64,000 bases of DNA from Akkermansia sp. (GTDB lineage: Bacteria > Verrucomicrobiota > Verrucomicrobiia > Verrucomicrobiales > Akkermansiaceae), in the NCBI GenBank assembly GCA_051884385.1, contig JBJEVN010000020.1:12710-76709 (forward strand), read 5' to 3'. The stretch's first letter is position 1. The number at the start of each line of letters is the position of its first letter. The notes under the pieces were generated by a model. It saw only the letters and a list, made by a program, of their open reading frames with translations, did not search any database and was not told the origin of the DNA. Positions 38,636 through 48,035 of the stretch are shown here, in pieces. The position numbers were made by a program, and so were the translations under genes.

Positions 38636-38674
38636 CAGCCGCAGGGGGGCTTCCTCCTGCGGCTGATTCTTCTT
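38636..38674 (+). terminator. rho-independent terminator
   Basis: 10-bp stem CAGCCGCAGG (38636-38645) with CCTGCGGCTG (38656-38665), followed by ATTCTTCTT. Confidence 0.5.
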
Positions 38675-38816
38675 GGTGGAACCAATCCCCCCTTCAGCAA
38701 CCGGAACAATAGTCCCCCTTTACGGCAGAGAAACTTAGCGGCCGATGCACCTCCGCACGCGCCACGTGTCGACGGTCGATTTCCTGCGGGCGCCACCTGA
38801 GCCCGGGGCTCGAGGA

Positions 38817-39296
38817 TCAGCGGCGCGAGCGGCGCTGACGCTTGTTGCTGCCTTTCTTGCTCTCACTCGACTGCTCGGCCTTTTTCTCCGCCGCCGCGCG
38901 GTCGCGCTCCGCCGCCGAGGCCGCGCGCTGCATGGCCTGCTCTTCCTCGGGCGAGGGGCGGCGAATCACCACCTCGTCCGCCTTGGCCTGATTGGCGCGA
39001 TCGCGCGCCTGCTGCTCAAAATACTCGGGATCCGCCATCCAGCGGAAGCGGTTGTGCGCCTCCTCTTCCTCCTGCTGAGCGCGGCGCAGCTGCTCCTCGA
39101 CCTCGGCCTTTTCCTGCCGCAGATTCGCCGTCTCCAGCAGAGGGGTCAGCACCAGCAGGGACGCAATGAAAGCGACAAAGACCAACACAATCACCCCCGC
39201 CACCGAAATCACATGCCGCACCCCATCGGCGCGGCTGGCGCGGATGGCCTCCAATTCATCCAAGGAGGGGCGGGGATGACGGAACCAGGAACTCAT
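38817..39296 (-). CDS. FtsB/DivIC-like septum formation initiator with a charged C-terminal tail
   Basis: TM segment (VAGVIVLVFVAFIASLLVL), then a coiled coil and the ADPEYFEQQARDRANQAKADEVVIR motif. Confidence 0.6.
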   Translation of the reverse strand: MSSWFRHPRPSLDELEAIRASRADGVRHVISVAGVIVLVFVAFIASLLVLTPLLETANLRQEKAEVEEQLRRAQQEEEEAHNRFRWMADPEYFEQQARDRANQAKADEVVIRRPSPEEEQAMQRAASAAERDRAAAEKKAEQSSESKKGSNKRQRRSRR

Positions 39297-39329
39297 CGCG
39301 GCAGCAGGTCAGGACTATCAGGCACCCAC

Positions 39330-39998
39330 TTAACGCTCGGCAAAAGGCACAAAGCGCCCGCGGCGCGCCAGCACCAGCGTGTGCATGCGCAGCTGCTTGC
39401 CCTTGTCGGAGGCCGGCACGGGCGAGCTGCTCACGTCGAAGCCCGCCTTGCGCAGCGTACTCTCCAGCCGCTTGTCCGGCTTGGACAAGGTGATGGCCAG
39501 CAGGCTGCCGCCCTTGAGCGCGTTGAAGTAGGCCTGGGCATCGCCCAAGGAAAGCTCGCAGCGGGCGTGCACATGGCGCAGCAGGATGGCGTGCAGCGAG
39601 CCCGTGCGCTTGCGGCAAAGCTGCGCCGCCTCGGCGGGCTCGATGATCACGCGGGGGTCATCCAGCAGGGCGCCGTTGGGTGAAAACTCGCGGTTCCAGG
39701 CCACGATGGCCGCCAAGGGCTCCGCCACGATAAAGCGTGCTTTCTCGCGGCTGATGCACGCCATCGCCTTGGCCAGCCCGAAACCCAGCCCCAGCCCGGC
39801 CAGCATCACCTGCGGTTGCCCCGCTCGCGTGATGGGCGAGAGCGCCGTCTCGGCCATGCTCTGCTCGCTGCCGTAGGTGAAGGACGAGGCGCAGGGCAGA
39901 CCATTGTGCTGAATGGTCAGCACGCCGTCGCGCTCCCACAACTCCCACAGGCTGCCGTCTGCGGCCTGGTACTCGCCGAGCTTGGTCAAAGGCTTCAT
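39330..39998 (-). CDS. spermidine synthase-like / class I methyltransferase-fold protein
   Basis: VMLAGLGLGFGLAKAM...FIVAEPLAAIVAWNREF...DDPRVIIEPAEAAQ follows the spermine/spermidine synthase pattern. Confidence 0.5.
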   Translation of the reverse strand: MKPLTKLGEYQAADGSLWELWERDGVLTIQHNGLPCASSFTYGSEQSMAETALSPITRAGQPQVMLAGLGLGFGLAKAMACISREKARFIVAEPLAAIVAWNREFSPNGALLDDPRVIIEPAEAAQLCRKRTGSLHAILLRHVHARCELSLGDAQAYFNALKGGSLLAITLSKPDKRLESTLRKAGFDVSSSPVPASDKGKQLRMHTLVLARRGRFVPFAER

Positions 39999-40058
39999 GC
40001 GCGCATTATAGCAGCGCGAGCCACGGCGCGCAAGCGCGTAGTGCCGCAGCGCACACGC

Positions 40059-42359
40059 TTAGTCCGCCGAGCCCTCGGTCTTGTACTGACTCTTCGCCGC
40101 ATCCAAGCGGGTATCGGCATCCTCGCGCAGCTTCTGCGCCTTTTTGAGGTTGCCTGCTTTTTCCCAACAGTCGGCCAGCTGCTTTTGGATTTGCAACTCC
40201 TTGTTCAGCTTGAAATAATCCCCGCCGCCGGAGCGCACCTTCTTCTCGTAGAGTTTCTCGACATCCTTGGCCATACTTGCCCAAGTGCGTTCATCGGCTT
40301 CGGCCTCCGTCAGGCAGCCCATGTACTGCCCCAACAACTCGCCGAAAATATCACCACGCCCGGTGTATTCCTTGAGCTGCTTCTTGTAAAGGGATGCCAG
40401 GCCGCGGAAATTCTTGGTCTCCGCCAGCAGCTTAGCCTCGCGAGCGATGGTGGACACCACCAAATCCGCTCGGGCATCGCCCACATTGCGCTTCATGCTG
40501 CGCATGCGGCGATCCATCTCGCTCTTGCGTGCGCCGACGGATTTGCCGTCCGACAGGTACTTATCCTCAATCATGCCCGCCAAATCCAACAGCTCGGCAT
40601 TTTTGGAGGCCGCGCGCTGCAGCTCGTTGTCCATCTTGCGCCAGGTCTTAACCGAGACCGGATGCTTGTCCGCATCCGTCTCCAGCACCACCAGGCGGGT
40701 GACCCAGGAAGCCGTCAGCGTCGGGAACGCGCCCGTCAGGTAGCGCGCCACGCCCCGAGAGGAAGCCACGGCATCCGCCCGAGCCAGCACATAGGAGAAA
40801 ATCATGGCGTCGCCCGCAGGCGCCAGCTTGTCGGCGCGCTCGGCGCGCGTCTGGTTCAGGTACACGCTCTCGTGCATGGAGCGCCCTGAGCACACGCCGG
40901 GGAAGCGCCCCGTCGTGTAGCCGTAGTTGTTAATGGGCACCCAGGTTTGGTCGTCCACCAGCAGCACCGTCCACGCATGACCGCCGCGGTCGCCATCGCC
41001 CACGGCATAAATCGAGGGAATGCCCATGCACTTGGAGGTCATGCCGCAGAAATAGGCCTGATCGCGGCACACGCCGCCCTCCTTGCGCAGCTCGGCAAAG
41101 GTGTAGGTCTTGTAGGGGCTCACGTTGTTGGCAGCGCGATCCATGCGGTAGCGGATGGAGCCGTAGGCCTCTCCCCAATTCTTGCGCTTGTACTTCAGGT
41201 TGTCATGCACCCATTGGAACTCGCTGCGGGGCAAGCGCACATCCACCACATTCAGCAGGCGCTCCACACTCATTTTCTGAATGTTGGTGAGCAGCTTGCG
41301 CCGCGTGTCCTGCTCGCGGAAGTAGGTGAACACCTCGGGCATGCTCAGCAGCGGCTCCTTGGGTTCGATCAGCATGCCCGGCGAGTTGGCCAGCTCGGGG
41401 CGCACCAACGCGCAGGCAATGGCCAAATTCAGGTAACGCGAGCGCTCGCGCGGAGGGCAGACCTTCCACAATTCGTAGAACACCTTGAGCGAATAACCCA
41501 AATTTTCGGGGCGCCCCTCCTGCAACATGAACCAGCGCAGCAACTCGTGCAAGGGGCGACTCTTGTCGCGCCGCAACCACTCGCAAAAGGCGCGCCCACT
41601 CTTCGCATCCTCCGGGCTCCCCGAAGCCAGCTCGGACAGGATAGTCTCATCCGCCGTGTCGGCAACAAGGCACCAATCCACCGCACTCACCAAGCTAGGG
41701 CTACTGCGGAAGCCCTGGTAGTTGAACTGATCGCCGTTGACCAGCTCGCGGGCTGCGGCGGCAATATGACCCTTGAATGCCGCGGCAAAGTCCTTAAAAT
41801 CGTGTTCCTTCAGCACACGGTCCAACATCGCCTCGTAGGCCTCCGTGGCCGACTTGTCCAGCGACGCCGTACCCACCAGCACCATCGGCCCGGCATACGG
41901 ACCCTTGACCACCTCAGGCGTCGGTTCCGGCTCAGGCGTCTCCTCCTCCTCAGTCTCCTCCTCCGGGGCGGGCTTCTGCTCCGCCGCCTCGCGCGCGGCA
42001 CGTTCCTCCGCCTCGCGGCGCGCACGCTCCTCGGCCGCCAAGCGTTCGCGCTCGGCCTGCTCCTCCGCCTCGCGGCGAGCGCGCTCCTCGGCCGCTAAGC
42101 GCTCGCGCTCGGCCTGTTCGGCTGCTGCGCGCTCAGCCTCCTCGCGCGCGCGCCGCTCAGCAGCACGGCGCTTTGCCTCCGCCCGCTGGCGCGCCTGCTC
42201 GGCGGCGGCCTGCTGCTGCATGTCGTAGTAGTAATAGCCACCCCCGGCCAGCATTCCCAACACCACCATTACCACGACCATCCAAGCCGTGCGCGAGGGT
42301 GAGCGACGAACGGCTTTCCTTACTTTTTTGCCGGAGGGTGCTCTGCGTGCTTCAGACAT
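40059..42359 (-). CDS. membrane-anchored transglutaminase-like cysteine peptidase-fold protein with an N-terminal Glu/Arg/Ala coiled coil
   Basis: TM segment (WMVVVMVVLGMLAGGG), ERA-rich repeats, then GVCRDQAYFCGMTSKCMGIPS...GGHAWTVLLVDD (Cys-His-Asp core pattern). Confidence 0.65.
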   Translation of the reverse strand: MSEARRAPSGKKVRKAVRRSPSRTAWMVVVMVVLGMLAGGGYYYYDMQQQAAAEQARQRAEAKRRAAERRAREEAERAAAEQAERERLAAEERARREAEEQAERERLAAEERARREAEERAAREAAEQKPAPEEETEEEETPEPEPTPEVVKGPYAGPMVLVGTASLDKSATEAYEAMLDRVLKEHDFKDFAAAFKGHIAAAARELVNGDQFNYQGFRSSPSLVSAVDWCLVADTADETILSELASGSPEDAKSGRAFCEWLRRDKSRPLHELLRWFMLQEGRPENLGYSLKVFYELWKVCPPRERSRYLNLAIACALVRPELANSPGMLIEPKEPLLSMPEVFTYFREQDTRRKLLTNIQKMSVERLLNVVDVRLPRSEFQWVHDNLKYKRKNWGEAYGSIRYRMDRAANNVSPYKTYTFAELRKEGGVCRDQAYFCGMTSKCMGIPSIYAVGDGDRGGHAWTVLLVDDQTWVPINNYGYTTGRFPGVCSGRSMHESVYLNQTRAERADKLAPAGDAMIFSYVLARADAVASSRGVARYLTGAFPTLTASWVTRLVVLETDADKHPVSVKTWRKMDNELQRAASKNAELLDLAGMIEDKYLSDGKSVGARKSEMDRRMRSMKRNVGDARADLVVSTIAREAKLLAETKNFRGLASLYKKQLKEYTGRGDIFGELLGQYMGCLTEAEADERTWASMAKDVEKLYEKKVRSGGGDYFKLNKELQIQKQLADCWEKAGNLKKAQKLREDADTRLDAAKSQYKTEGSAD
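42004..42117. repeat. tandem 57-bp repeat, 2 copies (encodes EQAERERLAAEERARREAE twice)
   Basis: 42004-42060 against 42061-42117, about 51 of 57 identical by eye. Confidence 0.8.
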
Positions 42360-42365
42360 ACTCGT

Positions 42366-42394
42366 ATTCTACACGGGTTCGTCCGTCGTGTAAA
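42366..42394 (-). promoter_or_regulatory. promoter: TTTACA, 17 nt, TAGAAT, then 6 nt to ATG at 42359
   Basis: Minus-strand -35 at 42394-42389 and -10 at 42371-42366. Confidence 0.5.
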
Positions 42395-42506
42395 GCTCGC
42401 TTTTCCGCGCATGCGCTCAAAAAAACGCCGGTCGCGGGTGTCGCGATTTGAACTTGCGCCCCCTGCCCCAATCTGCTACCCTAGCGGGAGCGTCCAGATT
42501 CAAACC

Positions 42507-45488
42507 ATGTCTCACGCCCTTCATCTGATACTTCCGCTGCTCGTCTCCGGGTTGGCCTGCGCTGCCGTGAGTGAACGCGAGTGCTTCGATTTCGGCTGGC
42601 AGTTCCGCTACTTCGGCTCGGGCAATCCCGCGCAAATCGGCTCCCCGGCCACCGCCGACAGTGCTCAAGGTGGGCACGAAGCCGCCTGTGCCGTCGATGG
42701 CAGGCTCGACACGCGCTGGTGCGCCGCCAGCTCCAAGGAGGGGCACTGGTTCAAGCTGGTGCCGGGGGTCGACCGCCCCGCCAAGGAGCTGCGCATCGAC
42801 TGGGAGAGCGCTAACGACATGCGCGTGTACTGCGAATACGTCGCAGACGGCAAGACCGAGAGCACGGAATTCCGCGTCGGTGGGCAAAGCACCTCGCGTC
42901 TCCCCCTCGGCGGGCGCTGCATCCGCGAGCTGAAACTCACCCTCTACGGCACGGATCAGCGCCACTGGGCCGGCGCGCGCGAAATTACCCTCATCGACAC
43001 GGAGGGCAAACCCATCATCCCGCGCCACGGTGCGGATGCCTACCGCCCGGCCAGCCCGGATTACAGTGCGCAGGAGGATGCCGAGCTGACCCGCACCCTC
43101 GGGCTCAGCGGATTCGCCGCGCGGGGTTTCCGCGAGGTGCAGCTGCCGCACGACTGGGCCATCGAAAGCCCTTTCTTAGCCGCAGAGCCCAATGAGACCG
43201 GCAAACTGCCGTGGAACGGCTGGGGATGGTACCGCAAGCAGTTCACGCTTCCCGCCGACTTCAACCCCGAAACTGAGCGCCGCTACCTCGACTTCGACGG
43301 CGTGATGTCCAACCCGAAAATCTACGTCAACGGCAAGTTGGCGGGAGAATGGGCCTACGGCTACAACTCATTCCGTGTGGACATCACGCCCTACCTGCAG
43401 CCGGGGAAGAATCTCGTTGCCGTTATGGCGAGCAATCTCCCCCTCTCAACGCGCTGGTACCCCGGCGCCGGCATCTACCGCCATGTCTGGATGGTGAAGA
43501 AACCCACAGCCCACATCGAGCAATGGGGCGTGCGCGTCACCACCCCCGACATTCGCGAGGACAGCGCCGACGTCTGCGTGGAAACCACGCTAGTGAACAC
43601 GGGTAAAACGCCCATCGAACTGCAAGTGTGCAACAGCGTCGGGAGCGTACGCACCGAGCCCGTTCGCCTGCAACTGGCACCGGGCGAGCGCCGCAGCGTC
43701 ACGCAAACGCTCACCCTGCCCTCGCCCGAGCTGTGGAGCACCGAACATCCCCACCTCTACACCCTCAACACGGAGATTCTCCGGGACGGACGGGTGCAGG
43801 ACAGCCAAAGCACCCCCTTCGGCGTGCGCCGCATCGCATGGAAGGCCGACGGTTTCTACCTCAACGGCAAACGCGTGCCGCTCAAGGGCGTCTGCGAGCA
43901 CCACGATCTCGGCGCGCTGGGTGCTGCTTTCCACAGCGATGCCTTTGAGCGCAAGATTCGCATTCTCAAGGAGATGGGCTGCAACTCCATCCGCACCGCC
44001 CACAATCCCCCCGCGCCCGAGCTGCTCGACCTGTGCGACAAGCACGGCATTCTCGTCATCGACGAGCTCTTCGACATCTGGAAGTTCCAGAAATACGACA
44101 AAATCAACGGCTACCATCTGTACTGGCCGCAGTGGTGGCAAAAGGATGTGCGTAACTTCGTGCTGCGTGATCGCAATCACCCCTGCATCATCGCCTGGAG
44201 CGGCGGCAACGAGGTACCCGAGCTGGAGTATTCCCAAGGTGTCGCCGTCTCGGCCGCCCTGCGCGAGGAGTTCCGCAAGTACGACACCACCCGCCCCTAC
44301 ACCGTCGGCGCCAACACCACTTCCCTCATCGACACCGGCTTTGTCAACACGGTTGATGTGGCGGGCTTCAACTACCGTCCCTTCTACTACAAGGAATTCC
44401 GCCAACGCTGCCCCGAGAAACCCGTCTACGGCTCCGAAACTGACTCCTGCGTCGCCACCCGCGATTGGTACCACTTCCCCTTCGGCTGGAAGGTGGGCAA
44501 TGGTGCTGCCGAGCACCAGGTCAGCTCCTACGGCACCGCCGCGCCGCACTGGGGCAACTGCCCCGATGTCGAGTTTGCCGCGCAGGACGCCGCCCCCTTT
44601 GTGGCCGGCGAATATGTGTGGACAGGCTTCGACTACCTCGGCGAACCGACTCCCTACAACCAAGACCGCTCCAACGAGGCCAACTTCAAGGGCATGAGCG
44701 CGGCCGAGCGCGAAAAAGCGCTGGCCGAGCTGCGCGCCATGGGCAAATGCGCCCCCAGCCGCAGCTCCTACTTCGGCATCATCGATTTGGCAGGCTTCCC
44801 GAAGGACATCTATTATCTTTTCCAAAGCCGCTGGCGCCCCGAGCTGCCGCAGGCGCACATCCTGCCGCACTGGAACTGGCCGGGACGCGAGGGGCAAGTC
44901 ACCCCGGTCATGGTCTATAGCTCCGGCGATGAGGCCGAGCTCTTCCTCAACGGTCGCAGCTTGGGTCTGCGCCGCCGCGGCGAGGGCGACACCTTCACCC
45001 AGCGCAAAATCACCCTGCCCAAGAATGCCTACCGCTTCGTGTGGGAGGATGTGCGCTACGAGCCCGGCACGCTCAAGGTCGTGGTGAAGAAGAACGGCAA
45101 GCCCTGGGTCGAGGCCACGCGCAGCACCGCCGGAGAATGCACCGAGCTCAAGGCCAAGGTCGAGAACGCCACCCTGAAGGGCGACGGCCACGCACTGGCC
45201 TTCATCGAGCTGACGGCCGTCGACCGCAACGGCAATCCTGTGCCGACCGAAAAGCGCCGCGTCCGCTTCCGCGCAAGCGGCCCCATCTGCCTCGCGGGCT
45301 TCTGCAACGGTGACCCGACGGATGCCACCGGGCTGCAGGAACCTCAGCAACAGCTCTTCAACGGCAAACTGCTCGCCATCGTGCGCAGCCTGCCCGGCAG
45401 CGAGGGAACAGGCACCCTGACCGTGGAAGCCGAAGGGCTCCACGCGCTCCGCATTCCCATCCGCATCACCCCCGCCACGGCTCACTGA
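42507..45488 (+). CDS. secreted glycoside hydrolase family 2 with an N-terminal F5/8 type C (CBM32-like) module
   Basis: Signal peptide MSHALHLILPLLVSGLACAA. AVDGRLDTRWCA discoidin-like segment. GH2 core (FRVDITPYL, NSIRTAHNPPAPELLDLCDKHGILVIDE, IIAWSGGNE). Confidence 0.9.
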   Translation: MSHALHLILPLLVSGLACAAVSERECFDFGWQFRYFGSGNPAQIGSPATADSAQGGHEAACAVDGRLDTRWCAASSKEGHWFKLVPGVDRPAKELRIDWESANDMRVYCEYVADGKTESTEFRVGGQSTSRLPLGGRCIRELKLTLYGTDQRHWAGAREITLIDTEGKPIIPRHGADAYRPASPDYSAQEDAELTRTLGLSGFAARGFREVQLPHDWAIESPFLAAEPNETGKLPWNGWGWYRKQFTLPADFNPETERRYLDFDGVMSNPKIYVNGKLAGEWAYGYNSFRVDITPYLQPGKNLVAVMASNLPLSTRWYPGAGIYRHVWMVKKPTAHIEQWGVRVTTPDIREDSADVCVETTLVNTGKTPIELQVCNSVGSVRTEPVRLQLAPGERRSVTQTLTLPSPELWSTEHPHLYTLNTEILRDGRVQDSQSTPFGVRRIAWKADGFYLNGKRVPLKGVCEHHDLGALGAAFHSDAFERKIRILKEMGCNSIRTAHNPPAPELLDLCDKHGILVIDELFDIWKFQKYDKINGYHLYWPQWWQKDVRNFVLRDRNHPCIIAWSGGNEVPELEYSQGVAVSAALREEFRKYDTTRPYTVGANTTSLIDTGFVNTVDVAGFNYRPFYYKEFRQRCPEKPVYGSETDSCVATRDWYHFPFGWKVGNGAAEHQVSSYGTAAPHWGNCPDVEFAAQDAAPFVAGEYVWTGFDYLGEPTPYNQDRSNEANFKGMSAAEREKALAELRAMGKCAPSRSSYFGIIDLAGFPKDIYYLFQSRWRPELPQAHILPHWNWPGREGQVTPVMVYSSGDEAELFLNGRSLGLRRRGEGDTFTQRKITLPKNAYRFVWEDVRYEPGTLKVVVKKNGKPWVEATRSTAGECTELKAKVENATLKGDGHALAFIELTAVDRNGNPVPTEKRRVRFRASGPICLAGFCNGDPTDATGLQEPQQQLFNGKLLAIVRSLPGSEGTGTLTVEAEGLHALRIPIRITPATAH

Positions 45489-45521
45489 GCAGCGCGCAGG
45501 CGGGCATCTCCTCTTCATACC

Positions 45522-47111
45522 ATGTTCATGAGTTTCTTCAACAAAGCCAATGACGCCGCTTCCCGCAAGGGAATCGGCTACAGAACAGCCATCGCTCTGG
45601 CGGCCATCGCTCTGGCGGCTCTCAGCTTCATGGCGGTCTCCATCGCCGCCTCCGCCTCGGATGCCGCCTACCGCGTCGCCGCCCTCTGCATCGTCACGAT
45701 TGCCCTGCTGGTGCTGGCGCACGCTTTCCGCATCCGCTTGTTGCTCTCGCTGCGCAGCGCCACCCTGCTGACCATCGCCGTGCTGCTGCAAATGGCCGCG
45801 CAACTCGGAGTCACGAGCTTCTGCGGCGTCATCCCCGGCTACAGTCTGCCGGCGCAGGCACTGCTGTGGATGCCCTACATGCTCGCCCCGGCCATCATGG
45901 GCATCATGATCGGGCGCCGCATCGGCATGCTGGCCGCCCTCCTGGGCACGGCCTGCGGCATCTGCCTGCTGCCCCCCATCATCCCGCTGCAGCTCCTGCC
46001 CGTCTACGCCGCCACCGGGCTGCTCACGGGCATTGTCGTTGCTCAATACGCAGGGCGCGTCCACACACGCGGGCAGATTCTGCAAACGGGCATGTTGGCC
46101 GCCCTCATCATCGTGGTGAGCGTCTATCTGCTCGTCATCCTGCAAAACCTGCCCCTCGGCGGGGAGCATGTCCTCGCCGGGTTGCGGCGGGGCTTCCACC
46201 TCGGCGGGTTTGCGGGTGAAGTCGGCGTGACGCTGGTTCTCAACTTCGTGTTGGCCTCCGTCATCGGCGGAGCCATGCCCGCCATCGAGAATCTGTTTAA
46301 CATCTCCACCCCCATCACCTGGCTTGAGTGGGCCGACATGAACCACCCCCTGCTCAAACGCCTCAGCGTGGCCGCCCCCGGCACCTTCCACCACAGCATG
46401 GTGGTACAGCGGCTGGCCGAAGCCGCCGCCGAAGCCATCGGGGCAGATGTCACCCGAGCGGGGGTCTGCGCCCTCTACCACGACATCGGCAAAATCAAGA
46501 ATGACCAGTACTTTGCCGAGAACATCCTCGACTACAACAACTCGCCCCACGCCGTTCTGACCCCCGAGCAGAGCGCCGGCATCATCATCGGCCATGTGCA
46601 GGAGGGCGTCCAACTGGCCACCGAGGCGGGGCTCAACCGCCGCATCATCGCCGTCATCCGCGAACACCACGGCGTCTCCACCGCCTACTTCTTCTACCGC
46701 AAGGCACTCGACCTGTACGAACAGGAGAAGAGTAAATTCGAGGAGGGACTCATCGACACCTGCCCCGAACCCGTTGACAAGGCACTCTACAGCTACAAAG
46801 GCCCCGTCCCGCAAACGCGGGAGAGCGGCATTGTCAGCATGGCGGACGCCGTGGAAAGCGCCACCCGCTCCCTCGCGCACCCCACCGAGGAGGACATCCG
46901 CTCCATGATTGAGGGCATCTTCAAAGGGCGCATCCTCGACGGGCACCTGCAGGACAGCGGCCTGACCCTCGGCGACATTGCGAAGATGAAAATCACCTTC
47001 TTCAACACCATCAAGGTAATGCACCACAACCGCATCGCCTACCCCAAACCCCACGACGACGCTACCGATACCCTCGCCGCGCAACGCCAAAGCGACAAAG
47101 CCAAGGCATGA
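45522..47111 (+). CDS. 7TM-receptor HD-domain phosphohydrolase (PgpH/YqfF-like)
   Basis: Seven TM segments, then PGTFHHSMVVQRLAEAAAEAIGAD...ALYHDIGK...REHHG (HD domain). Confidence 0.8.
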   Translation: MFMSFFNKANDAASRKGIGYRTAIALAAIALAALSFMAVSIAASASDAAYRVAALCIVTIALLVLAHAFRIRLLLSLRSATLLTIAVLLQMAAQLGVTSFCGVIPGYSLPAQALLWMPYMLAPAIMGIMIGRRIGMLAALLGTACGICLLPPIIPLQLLPVYAATGLLTGIVVAQYAGRVHTRGQILQTGMLAALIIVVSVYLLVILQNLPLGGEHVLAGLRRGFHLGGFAGEVGVTLVLNFVLASVIGGAMPAIENLFNISTPITWLEWADMNHPLLKRLSVAAPGTFHHSMVVQRLAEAAAEAIGADVTRAGVCALYHDIGKIKNDQYFAENILDYNNSPHAVLTPEQSAGIIIGHVQEGVQLATEAGLNRRIIAVIREHHGVSTAYFFYRKALDLYEQEKSKFEEGLIDTCPEPVDKALYSYKGPVPQTRESGIVSMADAVESATRSLAHPTEEDIRSMIEGIFKGRILDGHLQDSGLTLGDIAKMKITFFNTIKVMHHNRIAYPKPHDDATDTLAAQRQSDKAKA

Positions 47112-48022
47112 GGCAGCAACTGCGCAGCATCAGCATGGTGCTTGCCTTCCTCATCGGCGGCATCTTCCACGAAAACCTGTCACCCCTCAGCGGCTGGTTG
47201 CCCTACGGCATCGCCGCCATGCTCAGCATCACCTTCATCGGCATCGACACCGCACGGCTCAAACCGCAGCGCATGCACCTGTGGGTACTACTGGGCATCC
47301 AGAGCATCGGGCTGGGCAGTTTTGCCCTAGCGCGGCTCTGCGGCAACCCCGTGCTGGCCGAGGCACTCTATTACTGCGGAGCCGCCCCCGTCGCCGCAGC
47401 CGCACCCATCATCATGGTACTGCTCAAGGGCGACCTCGAGTTCATCACCACCGGCATGTTGCTCAGCCACGGCACCTTTGCCCTGCTCACCCCGCTGGTG
47501 CTGCCGCTGGTGGTGCATGACGCCCAACTCAGCTACCTTGACTTTGCCCTCCTCGTGGCGCAGCAGCTTGCTACCGTCCTCGCCGCCCCGGCGCTGATTG
47601 CCCTCTGCCTGCGCCTGCTCTACCCGCCCTGCCGCCTGTGGGCTCCCAAGCTCAGCGATGTCTCCCTCGCCATCTGGGTGAGCAACCTCACCATCATCTC
47701 CGCCGGCGGCATTCACCGCATCGTGCAAATGAATTACTCCTTCATGCAGATGTGGCCCATGGCCGTCGGAGCGCTGCTTGTTTGCGCTGTCGGCTTTTTC
47801 GGCGGCTACTACCTCGGCTATCCCAAGCTCAAACGCGAATGCTCCCAGGCTCTCGGGCAAAAAAACACCGTACTCACCCTCTACATTGCCTCGCAGCCCT
47901 ACGCCACCCCCCTCGCCTACCTCGGCCCGGTGTTCTACGTCTTCTACCACAACATCGCCAACGCCATCCAACTGGCGCTCGCCACCCGCGAAGCGCAGCA
48001 GCAACGCGCCACCCGCGACTGA
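47108..48022 (+). CDS. bile acid:Na+ symporter (BASS/SBF)-like membrane transporter
   Basis: About 9-10 TM segments and a GQKNTVLTLYIA motif. Its ATG overlaps the upstream stop (ATGA at 47108-47111). Confidence 0.65.
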   Translation: MRQQLRSISMVLAFLIGGIFHENLSPLSGWLPYGIAAMLSITFIGIDTARLKPQRMHLWVLLGIQSIGLGSFALARLCGNPVLAEALYYCGAAPVAAAAPIIMVLLKGDLEFITTGMLLSHGTFALLTPLVLPLVVHDAQLSYLDFALLVAQQLATVLAAPALIALCLRLLYPPCRLWAPKLSDVSLAIWVSNLTIISAGGIHRIVQMNYSFMQMWPMAVGALLVCAVGFFGGYYLGYPKLKRECSQALGQKNTVLTLYIASQPYATPLAYLGPVFYVFYHNIANAIQLALATREAQQQRATRD

Positions 48023-48035
48023 AACGGCCGAACAC

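Noticed and set aside
38745-39683. A plus-strand 312-aa ORF across the FtsB-like and spermidine-synthase-like genes.
   Set aside because: It is an Arg/Leu/Gly-rich shadow ORF with no motifs. The minus-strand genes have recognisable features.
42440-42470. tRNA-like T-loop strings: GTTCAAATC on the minus strand here, and GGGTTCAAGCCC at 10210-10221.
   Set aside because: I could not fold a 5-bp T-stem, acceptor stem or anticodon arm around either string. Both lie in promoter regions, and the 10212-10217 string is the serS -35 box.
43590-47090. A 1166-aa minus-strand ORF spanning two plus-strand genes (GH2 and the 7TM-HD protein).
   Set aside because: Same shadow-ORF effect. Both plus-strand genes happen to share a triplet register (42507 and 45522 are both 0 mod 3), so the antisense frame stays open across the 33-nt gap.
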